A stretch of 64,000 bases of DNA from a virus (taxonomy: Duplodnaviria > Caudoviricetes). Positions within the stretch are counted from its first letter, which is position 1, and the number at the start of each line of letters is the position of its first letter. The notes under the pieces are model-generated. The model saw nothing but the letters and a program-made list of their open reading frames with translations. It was not told the DNA's origin and made no database searches. Below, in pieces: positions 19,249 to 29,823 of this stretch. The position numbers were made by a program, and so were the translations under genes. The DNA lies in the IMG/VR virus record IMGVR_UViG_3300028048_000081, positions 60,242 through 124,241 of that record, one strand, 5' to 3'.

Positions 19249-21306
19249 ATGGAATATAAGAATGATGGAACTCTTGAAAATTATGTAAAATACACATCGA
19301 GAGATTATGAATCTATTCTAAATGATTTGAGGGAGATGGCACCAAATCTCACAGAACTTTGGACTCCTGAAGCAGATGCTGACCCTGGGGTAGTTTTAAC
19401 TAAATGGGTTGCTGCAATAGCAGATATGTTAGGAGTAAATTTAGATTGGGTTGCAAATGAATTATTCGCTCCGTCAGTATCTCAAAGAAAGGATGCTGAA
19501 AAATTATTTGCTCTCATCGGATATGAACTTGGATGGTATACTGCAGCAAGAACAGAAATAACATTTACTAATAATACAGAAACAAACATATCTTTAGATT
19601 TTGGATTTTCTGGAGCAGCATTTACAACTTGCACAGCATTTTCAGATATAACGGGTGCTTCCAGATTGATTACATACAATGTTATTCCATTAACAAATTC
19701 ATATGGTAATACAGATACAAGATCAACTCGTAAAATAACATCTGGTTCCGAAGATGTTTTTGCAGATACCGATAGGGTCTTACTTAAACCTGGAGAATAT
19801 GTAACAAGGGTAGGAATAGAAGGGGAGTTAAGATCTTATACAGTTCCTGTATCTCAAGTTAAAAAGAATAATTACATAATTAACATTCCATCCCAGCATG
19901 TAGATACAACAGCAATATGGATGAAAGGGAAGGCAGCATATGATTCTGATTCCTACTTGTCTACCCAGTGGGTACAAGTAGACAGTCCGTCAAAATTCAC
20001 AGAACCAGAACCTAGATTTGCTGTAACATATGATAATTATAGTAATGCTCAGATTCAAGTAAGTAATTACCTTAATGAACTTGAAAATTATGAAAATAAT
20101 TATTTAACTATATATTGGTTAGATTGTAGTGGAGTGATAGGTTGTGTAGGAAAAGATGTATTCCAAGATGTCCTTTTTGCAAAACCATCGGAAGATGTAT
20201 CATTTGAAGGAGGAGACATAACAGTTACTAATCTTTCAAATGTAGTAGAATTGCCACATACAAATACAGTAACAGGTAAAACTCCAGAAACTGCAAAAGA
20301 AGCATATAAGAATAGCAGGAATTACATCAATACTTGGGACAGTCTTATAACACTTCCGGATTTCAATAGATTCTTAAATAGAGAACCTGGAGTAGATTGT
20401 GGTAAGGTGATTGATTGTCAAAAGGCACTTGAAATCAATATGGCAATATTGAACGACGGAAACCTTACAGATGATCAAAAACAAAAACAATTCATAACTA
20501 ATTTAGATTTTCCAGAAGGAGAGCTGAAAGTAGATTGGGATAGCATAATAACATCAAATTACAATGAATTGAGAACTACATACATAATAAAGGAAGATGA
20601 TACTTTAGAAAGTATAGCGAAAAAGTATGATGTATCTTATGACAGATTGATAGAGTTCAATAACATAACAAATACAAATGATGTTAAACCTGGTATGAAA
20701 ATAATGATACCAAATGATGTAAATGAATCTTTGATGAAGCAACTTACATCTAATTTTAAGACATATACAGCTATGTGTTTTGCTATTCATAATGATTTCA
20801 AAGATAGTATTTGGGGAAGAGGTATAGTAGATTCTGCACAGATACAAAATAAGAAAGTGTTTGTAAGATACAAACCTCCAGTTCAATTCATAACAAATGT
20901 AATAAAAGATTACAAACCTCTTCAAGCGATGTCAGTAGAATTGCAGTTTGGATATGTTAGAGTATTTCCATTCTATGTAGTGGGTCAGATATATCCGAAG
21001 AAACCTGTAACACAAGATGTTGCTGAAAGTATAATTGCAAAAGCAAAAGAGTCTTTATCGCTTTATTTCAGCCCTGCTAATAGACGTATTGGTGTTAAAC
21101 CTACTGTAATGGAAGTAGTAGATGTTATACAGTCAAGTCATGAAAATATTGCATACTTTGATGCAGGGAGCATAAAGAATAGTGTTATAAATTGGAAAGA
21201 TTGTGACCCTGACTATTTCAATCCGATAAGCTTTCCAAGATTCTTACCGCTTGAGGATACAGCTCAGAATTTGAGAATTGCTCCTGAGTATATTGTATCA
21301 GAATAA
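19249..21306 (+). CDS. Baseplate wedge protein (T4 gp6 / baseplate J-like) with inserted LysM domain
   Basis: YTSRDYESI..L....LW....ADPGVVL N-terminus; G..PET...N..TWDSLITLPDF; LysM TYIIKEDDTLESIAKKYDVS...N....GMKIMIP. Confidence 0.85.
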   Translation: MEYKNDGTLENYVKYTSRDYESILNDLREMAPNLTELWTPEADADPGVVLTKWVAAIADMLGVNLDWVANELFAPSVSQRKDAEKLFALIGYELGWYTAARTEITFTNNTETNISLDFGFSGAAFTTCTAFSDITGASRLITYNVIPLTNSYGNTDTRSTRKITSGSEDVFADTDRVLLKPGEYVTRVGIEGELRSYTVPVSQVKKNNYIINIPSQHVDTTAIWMKGKAAYDSDSYLSTQWVQVDSPSKFTEPEPRFAVTYDNYSNAQIQVSNYLNELENYENNYLTIYWLDCSGVIGCVGKDVFQDVLFAKPSEDVSFEGGDITVTNLSNVVELPHTNTVTGKTPETAKEAYKNSRNYINTWDSLITLPDFNRFLNREPGVDCGKVIDCQKALEINMAILNDGNLTDDQKQKQFITNLDFPEGELKVDWDSIITSNYNELRTTYIIKEDDTLESIAKKYDVSYDRLIEFNNITNTNDVKPGMKIMIPNDVNESLMKQLTSNFKTYTAMCFAIHNDFKDSIWGRGIVDSAQIQNKKVFVRYKPPVQFITNVIKDYKPLQAMSVELQFGYVRVFPFYVVGQIYPKKPVTQDVAESIIAKAKESLSLYFSPANRRIGVKPTVMEVVDVIQSSHENIAYFDAGSIKNSVINWKDCDPDYFNPISFPRFLPLEDTAQNLRIAPEYIVSE

Positions 21307-21320
21307 GTTCGGAGGACAAA

Positions 21321-22484
21321 ATGCAGATAGAAGAAATACCTGTACCCGAAATATATAAATCATCATCTGATTTTAGATTTTTTCTTAAGTGGTACGGTAC
21401 GCTATTAGATAAAATAAAGTATGATACAGAGAATCTGATTGATGTTTATGACCCATTAAGATGTCCTGCTCATCTACTTTGGATGCTTGCAGAAACAATG
21501 GGGTTCAAATATGATGATAGATTACCATCCGCATTTAATAGATTGGTCCTTGTTTATTTCATGTCAATGATAAGAAATAGAGGAAGTAAAGACGGTGTTA
21601 CTCTTGCGGCAGAAGTTAATCTTGCGGAATTTAACATATTACAATATGGAAAAGAAAAAGATATATTATATGACAGATTAGAAGATACTGCGATACCTGT
21701 TAATTCTGTATATGTTACTCCTCATACTCCAGAAGGATATATTGATGTAGTATATTTCAGCGATAAGAAACCTATAGATGCATGTATAGAATATGTTAGA
21801 CCTTTAGGAATGTATGTGTTTCAGAATTCTGGTGTTCGTATGAATACAAAATCTAAAGTAGTTGTAGATGCAAGATTATGTAATACAAATGATATTGGAA
21901 TATCTGTAGGGCCTACTCATGTAGGTCATTATAATCGAGAAGATTACGCAAGAATTCAAAAGAATTCCGAGTATGATGTATTCGGAACTAATCACAAAAG
22001 AAAAGATGTATATTATAGAAATTCTGATTATGAAGAAGAGACTACTCCAAATAAATCTAGTAAGTGGATAGATCCTAAATACAGATCTTTGTATTCATTG
22101 CAGTTATGTAATAATGAACATATTGTTAAATCTATTCTTCCAGACAGAATATTTGGATTAGGATTTGATCCTCAGAGTGTTGATTATGAATATCCCGGGG
22201 AATACATACCAGATGAAATGGAAGATAAGAATTGGAATTTGAGATACGATAAAGAAAATGAAGAAAATGCTACTAATGGTGATACATATACTGTTGAGGG
22301 AGGAACCATAATAAAACCTGAACCCGCAGTAAGCCCTGTTATGTCTACAATAGGAGATGCAATACTCATAGAAAAGAATGAAGAGGATATAAAATTAACA
22401 TATACTAAAGTTGATGATCAGGGTAATATAACAAAGGTTGATATAACTTCAGAGGATGGATCAAACGATGAAAATGAAGGTTAA
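21321..22484 (+). CDS. Baseplate wedge protein (P2 gpI / gp7-like)
   Basis: DPLRCPAHLLWMLAETMGF...RNRGSKDG; follows the gp6-like gene. Confidence 0.75.
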   Translation: MQIEEIPVPEIYKSSSDFRFFLKWYGTLLDKIKYDTENLIDVYDPLRCPAHLLWMLAETMGFKYDDRLPSAFNRLVLVYFMSMIRNRGSKDGVTLAAEVNLAEFNILQYGKEKDILYDRLEDTAIPVNSVYVTPHTPEGYIDVVYFSDKKPIDACIEYVRPLGMYVFQNSGVRMNTKSKVVVDARLCNTNDIGISVGPTHVGHYNREDYARIQKNSEYDVFGTNHKRKDVYYRNSDYEEETTPNKSSKWIDPKYRSLYSLQLCNNEHIVKSILPDRIFGLGFDPQSVDYEYPGEYIPDEMEDKNWNLRYDKENEENATNGDTYTVEGGTIIKPEPAVSPVMSTIGDAILIEKNEEDIKLTYTKVDDQGNITKVDITSEDGSNDENEG

Positions 22485-22740
22485 AGAATTAGACCCTATT
22501 GTAAGAGAATTGTGGGAAGTAGAAAATAGCATTTCAGAAAAATATGAAAAGTTAGATTCTAGATTATCGGATATGGAGTCAAAATTATATTCCGAAAATA
22601 ATAATTCTGTAGAGTCTCAAGAATATGAATACGATAGTATGTCAGATAAATTAGATGCTATGCAGGAAGTAATAGATTCTATAGAGGATTCGGTAGAAAA
22701 ATTGCTGCCATATTGTGATGAAGAAGGGGAAGAAGATTGA
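22456..22740 (+). CDS. Acidic coiled-coil hypothetical protein
   Basis: ORF track; heptad pattern; start uncertain (22456/22468/22474). Confidence 0.6.
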   Translation: MDQTMKMKVKELDPIVRELWEVENSISEKYEKLDSRLSDMESKLYSENNNSVESQEYEYDSMSDKLDAMQEVIDSIEDSVEKLLPYCDEEGEED

Positions 22741-24452
22741 GTTCCAACGAAATATATGAAAATAAATTGAATCTAAGTAACAAATTCTTAAGTTTATTTC
22801 CTGGAAAAGAATTTGTAGTTAAAGCATCGAATGATATAGTTGTTCCTATAAATAATTGTTCTGAGGTAAGTTACGATAATGAATCTAAATTGGGAACAAG
22901 TAAATTTGAATTTGATGATCAAGACATTCCAGAAGAAGGTTACTATGCCTTGCTGGGAGATTTTTCAGTAAATGAAGATTTTGAAGATGCTGCATATCCT
23001 CTTCCGGGAGAGGGAATAGCAGAAGAATATGGGCTGGGCTGTATAGATAGTGAAGATGATGAATTGACTCCGTATGATTCAAGAGTAATTTATTATTGTG
23101 ATAAGATTCCAGATGAAGAGTTTGGATATCTGTATAGATTATATGAATTTGATAGATCTGGTTGGATAGAGGATTTTGAAGTAGATGGAGATCCTGAAGA
23201 ATTATCGGATTCCGATTATAGATTTAGATGTTCTTGGAGAAACATAGATCAAGATCATGGATTATCTAAAGTACCTGATACTGTATCTGTAACAAACAAA
23301 CAATTTCGTGGATTAGAAGTAAGGATGTGGGAAGTATCTGAAGATAGAAAAGATATCGTCATACAGTTTTTCAATCCACAAACATATGTTATGACGGATA
23401 AAGACTCACTTTCTTCTATAGCATATAGATATAATGTAAGTTTAGAGGATTTAAAGAAAGCAAATAATATAGAAGAATATGAAAGTGATTATGCAAGAAT
23501 AGGTACAAAATTATTGCTTCCTAGGTCTGATGTTAAGATAGATAAGGGTACAGAAATAATTTTATACATGGTAGATGGCAATTATATTATGTCATTGGAT
23601 GAATACTGGAACATAATTAATAATACTAGAGCAGAGAGGGTTCCAGATCTTGTAAGGATAACTTATAGGCCAAAGGCTAAAACCTACGCAAACCTTATAG
23701 CACAGCCTAGCAATATATGGAAACAGGGTGTATGTTCTATAAAATATGGAACTTACAATATAGTAACAACTATTGAAACAACTTATGATGATCCCGATGA
23801 AGGACAACAAACATATACTAAATCAATAGAAAGAGGTCCTAGATACTATATTAGAAAAGAAATAAAGAAGTTAAAGATAGATAACTCTAAATTGAAAAAG
23901 TATAAAGAGTATCTTATGAATCAAGAACTTAAGAAAACAGAACGTAACATATTGAAAGATATAAGTTCGTTAAGAGGACAAGATATAAATATAGTTATGC
24001 GCGATGTTAAATATTCTTCACAAACTTCTAAATCATCTAAATCTAAAAAGACAACAATTACAGATAGAGCAAAGGATTATTTAGCAAAGATATATGTAGA
24101 TGAGGTCATAGGAGGAATAAAGAAAACAGGAAACCTTCATAAATTTGGTGTAAACGTGAAAGATGCAAAAACATTCTTCTTATCTAATACTATAGATTAT
24201 GTTGTTCTGTATGAATGGACGGGTAAGCGTTGGCATACTGCATTCCAAGGAGGAAAATGGCCTGAAAAGATGAATAATTACACAAAACAACTTAAAAAGG
24301 CGTGGAACAGTTGTACTGCATTAAGCGCAACAAAGATAACAGGCACACCTCCAAATCAAAAACAAGCATGGCCTAAATATTTAGATTGGTTAGCACCTCA
24401 GCAGGTAATAGACAGCACATATCATTATCTTATGATAAATAGGAGTATATAG
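22737..24452 (+). CDS. LysM-containing protein, acidic N-half and basic C-half
   Basis: TYVMTDKDSLSSIAYRYNVSLEDLKKANNI...IGTKLLLP. Confidence 0.7.
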   Translation: MSSNEIYENKLNLSNKFLSLFPGKEFVVKASNDIVVPINNCSEVSYDNESKLGTSKFEFDDQDIPEEGYYALLGDFSVNEDFEDAAYPLPGEGIAEEYGLGCIDSEDDELTPYDSRVIYYCDKIPDEEFGYLYRLYEFDRSGWIEDFEVDGDPEELSDSDYRFRCSWRNIDQDHGLSKVPDTVSVTNKQFRGLEVRMWEVSEDRKDIVIQFFNPQTYVMTDKDSLSSIAYRYNVSLEDLKKANNIEEYESDYARIGTKLLLPRSDVKIDKGTEIILYMVDGNYIMSLDEYWNIINNTRAERVPDLVRITYRPKAKTYANLIAQPSNIWKQGVCSIKYGTYNIVTTIETTYDDPDEGQQTYTKSIERGPRYYIRKEIKKLKIDNSKLKKYKEYLMNQELKKTERNILKDISSLRGQDINIVMRDVKYSSQTSKSSKSKKTTITDRAKDYLAKIYVDEVIGGIKKTGNLHKFGVNVKDAKTFFLSNTIDYVVLYEWTGKRWHTAFQGGKWPEKMNNYTKQLKKAWNSCTALSATKITGTPPNQKQAWPKYLDWLAPQQVIDSTYHYLMINRSI

Positions 24453-26717
24453 ATGTCAAGATTATATGATTTGAGTACATGGTCAAGCGACGATGTACTG
24501 AATTTTGATATAACATTTAGCAGTGAAACGCAGTGTGACTGTCAATATGATAATGGTTGTTCATTATTGTTAAACGGAAATCTATTATCATATGACTATT
24601 ACAGTATTTCAAAAATAGATAATATTCGTGTTAGAATATCATTACCTATCACACAGCAGTTTAAATCTATACTTACTGTAAACGACGTTATTGAAGTAGA
24701 TTTAAGTTGTGATAAGTTTGATTCTACTCATCGTAGTTATTATCTTACGGGTTGGAGGTATGTAGATTCTGGTTATGACGATCCTCCAGAAATCCCATCT
24801 ATATTCAATTTCAAATGGGAAGATTCTAGATTATCAGATGTTAACTGGGAAGGTACTACATTTGTTGAAGTAAATGGGGATCAAAAATTACCATATACTT
24901 CGTATCAGATATCATTTGGTTATGATAATATAAGTGGTGAAGCAGTAGTTGATGGAAGTATATTTGATAATCCTGAGTATGAATTATATGATGGAGATAT
25001 AGTAGGTGTATGGTGTGAAAACATTCCTATAATTGCAGATGAATGCAGAATTGTTAATTTAACAAGTTACAAAGATGAACTTGAAGGTTCATATGGTTTT
25101 GAAGAGATAGATAAATCAAAACAATCCGAAGAAGATATGATCAATTGTCTTCAATGGCATGATATATATTCTGATAAGCGTGTAGGTCTAGGTGAAATAG
25201 GATTTTCTGAAAATAAACAGAAAGCAAGTTTGAATGAATACAATTCAAATTTATCTTGGGTTCAGCTAATAGAACGTCAACGATATAAGAATTTTACATT
25301 CTATTTCACAGATGAAAATAATCAAAGCATTGAAGGGTTCAAATATGAATGTAAAATAACAGATATTACAGTGCTGGGAAGCGAAATACCTTTAGAACCT
25401 GTTTCATCTTCTGTTGATAGCGATTCAGTTGTAATAAGAGGTAAGTTGTTATATGGGCATTCATACGGATTTGAAATAACTAATATGCCTAAAGATTATG
25501 AACCGTTTATTTCAAGACCAAAAATAACAATATCTATAGATGGTGATATATCTACATCGGATTTTGTTTTCGCAAATGATAAATATAATTATCAGATAGA
25601 AATAACAGATTTGTTTACATATGCAAGATACAATTCGTCATCTCATCAATTAGCTTTTTTGAAATCAGATCAAGAATATGAAAATGGACAGATTATTGGA
25701 AACAATCAATATTTTACAAATGTTCTAAACGCAGATCCTAATAATATACCTTGGAAAAATGTAATAAGTAGTGTAGAATATGTAACATTTTTAGATACTA
25801 TAGAGCCCAGATCTACTTCATTCTGGTTCAATGGTGGAGAAAATATAATAAGTGTATCCGAAATATCTAAGTTGAATACAAGTTTAGTGACAAATATGTC
25901 GTACATGTTTTCATATTGTAGTTCAATTACATCTTTAGATCTATCTAGTTTCAATACATCAAATGTATATAATATGTCAGCTATGTTTTCAAACTGTATG
26001 AATCTAAATGAATTGAGTGTGTCAGGTTGGGATACATCTAAAGTAGAATTCATGGAAGCTATGTTTTACAACTGTAGATCAATTCAATCTTTAGATCTAT
26101 CTAGTTTTTCAGTAGAAGTGTTAGAATATACTAGAGATATGTTTTCTGGTTGTTATGATTTAAGAGAAATATACGCAAGTTCAAATTGGTCTGATTCTAA
26201 TACTATCATTCGTTCTCAATTTATGTTTCATGGATGCAGTAAATTAAATAATTGGAATGCAGAATATACAGATAAAACGCTCGCTCATTATAGACCCGAA
26301 AGAACAGAAACGCATTATATTTCTGGCTATCCTAAACCTGCAGAATCAACATATGAAGAGGTAAAAGATACATATGGCAGAGGTTCTGATTATTCTTATT
26401 TCTACGGAGTTAATGATGATAAATATTGTATATTGGCAAGATATTGGAGAGTAACAGAAAAAACAGAAACGGATAATTCAACAATATTTCAATGGGATGA
26501 TAAAAATTTAACTTGGGTTGCCGCAGCAAGTAGATCGTATCGTGAAACAGCGTCAGGAGATGAATATGATACCCCATATCCAGATCAGATATGGTATGAT
26601 GTCCACTCTTCTTTGATACTTCAAAATAGTTCTTATTCTGACCTTCCAAATGAATTAGGAGGGGATACTATAACTGTTATCATTCCTGCGGGATATTTCA
26701 CAGAAAGAACTAATTAG
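24453..26717 (+). CDS. Protein with BspA/DUF285-type leucine-rich surface repeats (possible adhesin/RBP)
   Basis: Repeats NTSLVTNMSYMFSYCSSITSLDLSSF / NTSNVYNMSAMFSNC / WDTSKVEFMEAMFYNC. Confidence 0.8.
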   Translation: MSRLYDLSTWSSDDVLNFDITFSSETQCDCQYDNGCSLLLNGNLLSYDYYSISKIDNIRVRISLPITQQFKSILTVNDVIEVDLSCDKFDSTHRSYYLTGWRYVDSGYDDPPEIPSIFNFKWEDSRLSDVNWEGTTFVEVNGDQKLPYTSYQISFGYDNISGEAVVDGSIFDNPEYELYDGDIVGVWCENIPIIADECRIVNLTSYKDELEGSYGFEEIDKSKQSEEDMINCLQWHDIYSDKRVGLGEIGFSENKQKASLNEYNSNLSWVQLIERQRYKNFTFYFTDENNQSIEGFKYECKITDITVLGSEIPLEPVSSSVDSDSVVIRGKLLYGHSYGFEITNMPKDYEPFISRPKITISIDGDISTSDFVFANDKYNYQIEITDLFTYARYNSSSHQLAFLKSDQEYENGQIIGNNQYFTNVLNADPNNIPWKNVISSVEYVTFLDTIEPRSTSFWFNGGENIISVSEISKLNTSLVTNMSYMFSYCSSITSLDLSSFNTSNVYNMSAMFSNCMNLNELSVSGWDTSKVEFMEAMFYNCRSIQSLDLSSFSVEVLEYTRDMFSGCYDLREIYASSNWSDSNTIIRSQFMFHGCSKLNNWNAEYTDKTLAHYRPERTETHYISGYPKPAESTYEEVKDTYGRGSDYSYFYGVNDDKYCILARYWRVTEKTETDNSTIFQWDDKNLTWVAAASRSYRETASGDEYDTPYPDQIWYDVHSSLILQNSSYSDLPNELGGDTITVIIPAGYFTERTN

Positions 26718-26728
26718 AACCTTGTATA
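26717..26728 (+). promoter_or_regulatory. Putative late promoter GAACCTTGTATA
   Basis: Exact motif at the gene boundary, 25 nt before ATG 26753. Confidence 0.7.
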
Positions 26729-26752
26729 GATATAGGTAAGAGGTAACCATTT

Positions 26753-27220
26753 ATGACGATTCGTTACAAGGTTGAAGATAAACCAAATAAGAATACAACA
26801 TCTAGTTCCTCAAAGAATTTTGAATCTAATTTCAGAGGAGATGTTACCAAAGATATAGAAGGGCTGAAATTTGTATGGTATGATGATCAGGGAACTGTAA
26901 TAAAAGAATTAAATATAGAAGAAATAGGACAAGGACCTGCACAACCAGCAACGGAAGCAGAAATTAGTTTTGACGAATTAGGATATACAACTCCAAATCT
27001 TCATAGACGTATAGATTCTAAATTGGATGAACAAGATACAGAAGAAATAACACCAAAGGATTATAAATTTACTATACAAGGATTAAATTCGCATAGGTAT
27101 TCTAGAAAAACATTTCACATAGATGATATTTCGGAAGACCTGAAGGATTGGGAAGATGATGAAGACTATCAAGATATGATTGAGCGTGCAGAAGAGATGG
27201 AATTGAAGGAGATACCTTAA
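26753..27220 (+). CDS. Hypothetical protein
   Basis: GAGGT RBS; follows the late motif. Confidence 0.7.
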   Translation: MTIRYKVEDKPNKNTTSSSSKNFESNFRGDVTKDIEGLKFVWYDDQGTVIKELNIEEIGQGPAQPATEAEISFDELGYTTPNLHRRIDSKLDEQDTEEITPKDYKFTIQGLNSHRYSRKTFHIDDISEDLKDWEDDEDYQDMIERAEEMELKEIP

Positions 27221-27221
27221 A

Positions 27222-27533
27222 ATGTATAAACCGAAAATAGATGAAGATGTTATAGATTCAATATGTAAAGATATAAAAGATGGAATAACTGAGGAATATC
27301 AGGATGATTTTCCTTACATGGAAATAGTAACATCTTATCAGTATGATAGAAAAAATCAAAATATTCAAGTAAGTATTTTTGTTTATCCAAACGGGGATGA
27401 GAATAGAATAAAAGGGAAGTTAACACTTCATATAGAAAATGAATACGAAGATATTTCTGATTTCAATGATAGTATACGAAAATCAGAAATTGATTGTTTA
27501 GATGATATATCTATTAATCTGAAAGCTGAATAA
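27222..27533 (+). CDS. Acidic hypothetical protein
   Basis: AAGGAG RBS. Confidence 0.7.
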   Translation: MYKPKIDEDVIDSICKDIKDGITEEYQDDFPYMEIVTSYQYDRKNQNIQVSIFVYPNGDENRIKGKLTLHIENEYEDISDFNDSIRKSEIDCLDDISINLKAE

Positions 27534-27535
27534 TA

Positions 27536-29437
27536 ATGAGAATAACTGATGGTTATAAACAACTGAAGGATATACTTAAGATTTCAAAGAACTTAGGTAT
27601 GAAAGAAAATGTTATGTTCCGTGTATTAGATAAAGATACAGGAGAGGTTGTATCTGAACATACCGGACATAATAGTGCAACAAATTCTCTTATTACCGGA
27701 ATAGGGCATTATCTTGTTGGTGAAGGAATATATAATCAGGGATATGATATGCTACATAGATATGTCCCATTATATATTTCTTTAGGAACAATGGGTCTCC
27801 TTAATCAAGAAGAAGATGAAGAAGGTCTCCCCGCTGGTATAGGTGTTATGCCGGATGACGAAGATCCAGATGATGAAGAATCAAAAGAGATATATGATAG
27901 ATGGAAAGACCTTAGAGATAAATTAGATCTGATAAAAGGCGGAAAGCAGTATATAGATAAATTTGGAGATCCCGAACCTCCATTACAAGAAGATCTTTGG
28001 ATAGAAGTATCATACGAAGATATACAAGAAGAAACCAAATCATATGAATATAGAGCATATATAGATTCATCTAAATATGATCCAGATCGTGAAACATATG
28101 ATGCTGCAATAGAAGAGGATCTAGATGGTCATTATCTTCCTAGAATAGAATATTGTGTTTATTATATAAATATGGTTGATTCTGGAGAAGTAGATGAACA
28201 CGGAAACATGATACTTGTTCCAGAAACGTATTATACTGGGGAAGTAGACGAACATGGAGAAAAAATATATGCTCTTAAATGGAGTATAGCAAAAGGATTA
28301 GACGAATTAGATGAAATACTGAGTACTCTTCGTCAGTGTCCATATTCTGAGGGAACATGCTTACTACATCAGAAATGTTTAGATTGCGTATTTCCAGAAA
28401 AGAAGCAACTTATTGACGAGCTTCAAGAAATAAAAGATAAATGGCAATCAGAGTACGACGATACAGATGAAATGTATCAGAAAGCCTTGGAGGACCTTGA
28501 AGGACTCAAATTTGATAAGTATTTAGATGAGTGTCCAGGATATGGTTCAGATGGTAGTTGTAAATCTGTAGATTCTGCAGATAATAATTACAGGCCATAT
28601 TTTGGATTAGGTCCTGTATTTGAAAATAGAGAGAATACTGACGGTCTTACAATAGATTGTGAACTTATTTCGGATTCATTTCCTAGAGAAATGATATCAT
28701 ACAGAGATATAGTTCCAGAAGGTGAATCAGAATTAAAGGGAACAGTAGATGTTGTATTTAGTGCCATGATTTCTACAGGTGCACTTAAACAGTTTAGAGA
28801 GCCTGGAAGAGATTATGTATTTATAACAGAAGCAGGACTTTGGTCCAGTCCCGATTGGAATGATAGCGGGGAGAATGGATTACTTGCTGGTTACAGAATA
28901 GTTCCTCCAAATTCGGAAAACTGGGCGATGTCAGCATCTCGTGTAAAACCTGAAGATATACCTCCAGGAGGAACTGCAGAAACTGTTGCAAAACATAATC
29001 GACAGATATTGAAAGAAAATATTCTGAAAGTTGGAATAAATCAGGTAGTACAAGTAGTATGGAAGATTCAAATTGGTGGTGTAGATCAATTTGAAAACAT
29101 GCGTGATATATTTACAGTTAAGAATTATCATTATGCTGAAGGTATGTGGTTTGGAAATGTTCCTTCTGAGAATCCATACATACCAGAACCACCACAACCA
29201 CACTTCATTGGAGTGTATGATATAACGATAAAACAGGGAGATTATTTCAATCTAAAATATGGTGTACATGCATTTGACGATACAGGGAAAGAAGTAGATT
29301 TTGTAACAGATCCTGAAACATTAGATACGGATCAAACAGGAACATTTGTCATTAATTATATAATATATGATGAAGATGAAAGTGGATCACCTTCTATATT
29401 ATATGAAGAACAGCGAACAGTAACAATAGAAAGTTAG
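27536..29437 (+). CDS. Structural (tail/baseplate fibre-attachment-like) protein with acidic insert and C-terminal Ig-like (DUF5011/HYR-like) domain
   Basis: N-terminal GEVVSEHTGHNSATN...YISLGT and FITEAGLW motifs; C-terminal ITIKQGD.F....GVHAFD...LDTDQTGTFVINY. Confidence 0.55.
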   Translation: MRITDGYKQLKDILKISKNLGMKENVMFRVLDKDTGEVVSEHTGHNSATNSLITGIGHYLVGEGIYNQGYDMLHRYVPLYISLGTMGLLNQEEDEEGLPAGIGVMPDDEDPDDEESKEIYDRWKDLRDKLDLIKGGKQYIDKFGDPEPPLQEDLWIEVSYEDIQEETKSYEYRAYIDSSKYDPDRETYDAAIEEDLDGHYLPRIEYCVYYINMVDSGEVDEHGNMILVPETYYTGEVDEHGEKIYALKWSIAKGLDELDEILSTLRQCPYSEGTCLLHQKCLDCVFPEKKQLIDELQEIKDKWQSEYDDTDEMYQKALEDLEGLKFDKYLDECPGYGSDGSCKSVDSADNNYRPYFGLGPVFENRENTDGLTIDCELISDSFPREMISYRDIVPEGESELKGTVDVVFSAMISTGALKQFREPGRDYVFITEAGLWSSPDWNDSGENGLLAGYRIVPPNSENWAMSASRVKPEDIPPGGTAETVAKHNRQILKENILKVGINQVVQVVWKIQIGGVDQFENMRDIFTVKNYHYAEGMWFGNVPSENPYIPEPPQPHFIGVYDITIKQGDYFNLKYGVHAFDDTGKEVDFVTDPETLDTDQTGTFVINYIIYDEDESGSPSILYEEQRTVTIES

Positions 29438-29449
29438 AAAATAAGAGGT

Positions 29450-29812
29450 ATGATTATGGAAGATTTATTGTTTACTCCGGCAGCACTTTTAGATGTTTTA
29501 ACTCAGATTGAAGAACTAAAAGATGTTGATTTAGGGATAACAGAAACTGTAGACGGACAGTTACAGTTACAGGTAGGAGAATCTACTTATCTATTACAGC
29601 CAGAAGGCGAGACTGAAGTAGATGTTGAAGAGTCTGATTTAGAAAAAGTAGAAGATGCCAATATGGAAGCATATGAAAATCTAGAATCAGATGGGGAAAT
29701 AAATATAGAAAAAGAAGCAGATGAAACTATTGAGTCTGGTCTTATAAAGGAAGCAGCAAAAGCTCTGTTATTGGGTGGTATGATAAAGCTTTCAGCAAAG
29801 ATGTTAAAATAG
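29450..29812 (+). CDS. Acidic prohead core-like protein (paralog of 33963-34286)
   Basis: Immediately upstream of the protease; DLLF...VGE..Y..QPEG.EV shared with the 33963 ORF. Confidence 0.55.
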   Translation: MIMEDLLFTPAALLDVLTQIEELKDVDLGITETVDGQLQLQVGESTYLLQPEGETEVDVEESDLEKVEDANMEAYENLESDGEINIEKEADETIESGLIKEAAKALLLGGMIKLSAKMLK

Positions 29813-29823
29813 TAGGAGGAAGT

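Noticed and set aside
1034-22484. Stand-alone contractile injection system / tailocin
   Set aside because: Capsid, prohead protease, neck, lysis, helicase genes and tRNAs in the same window indicate a complete phage
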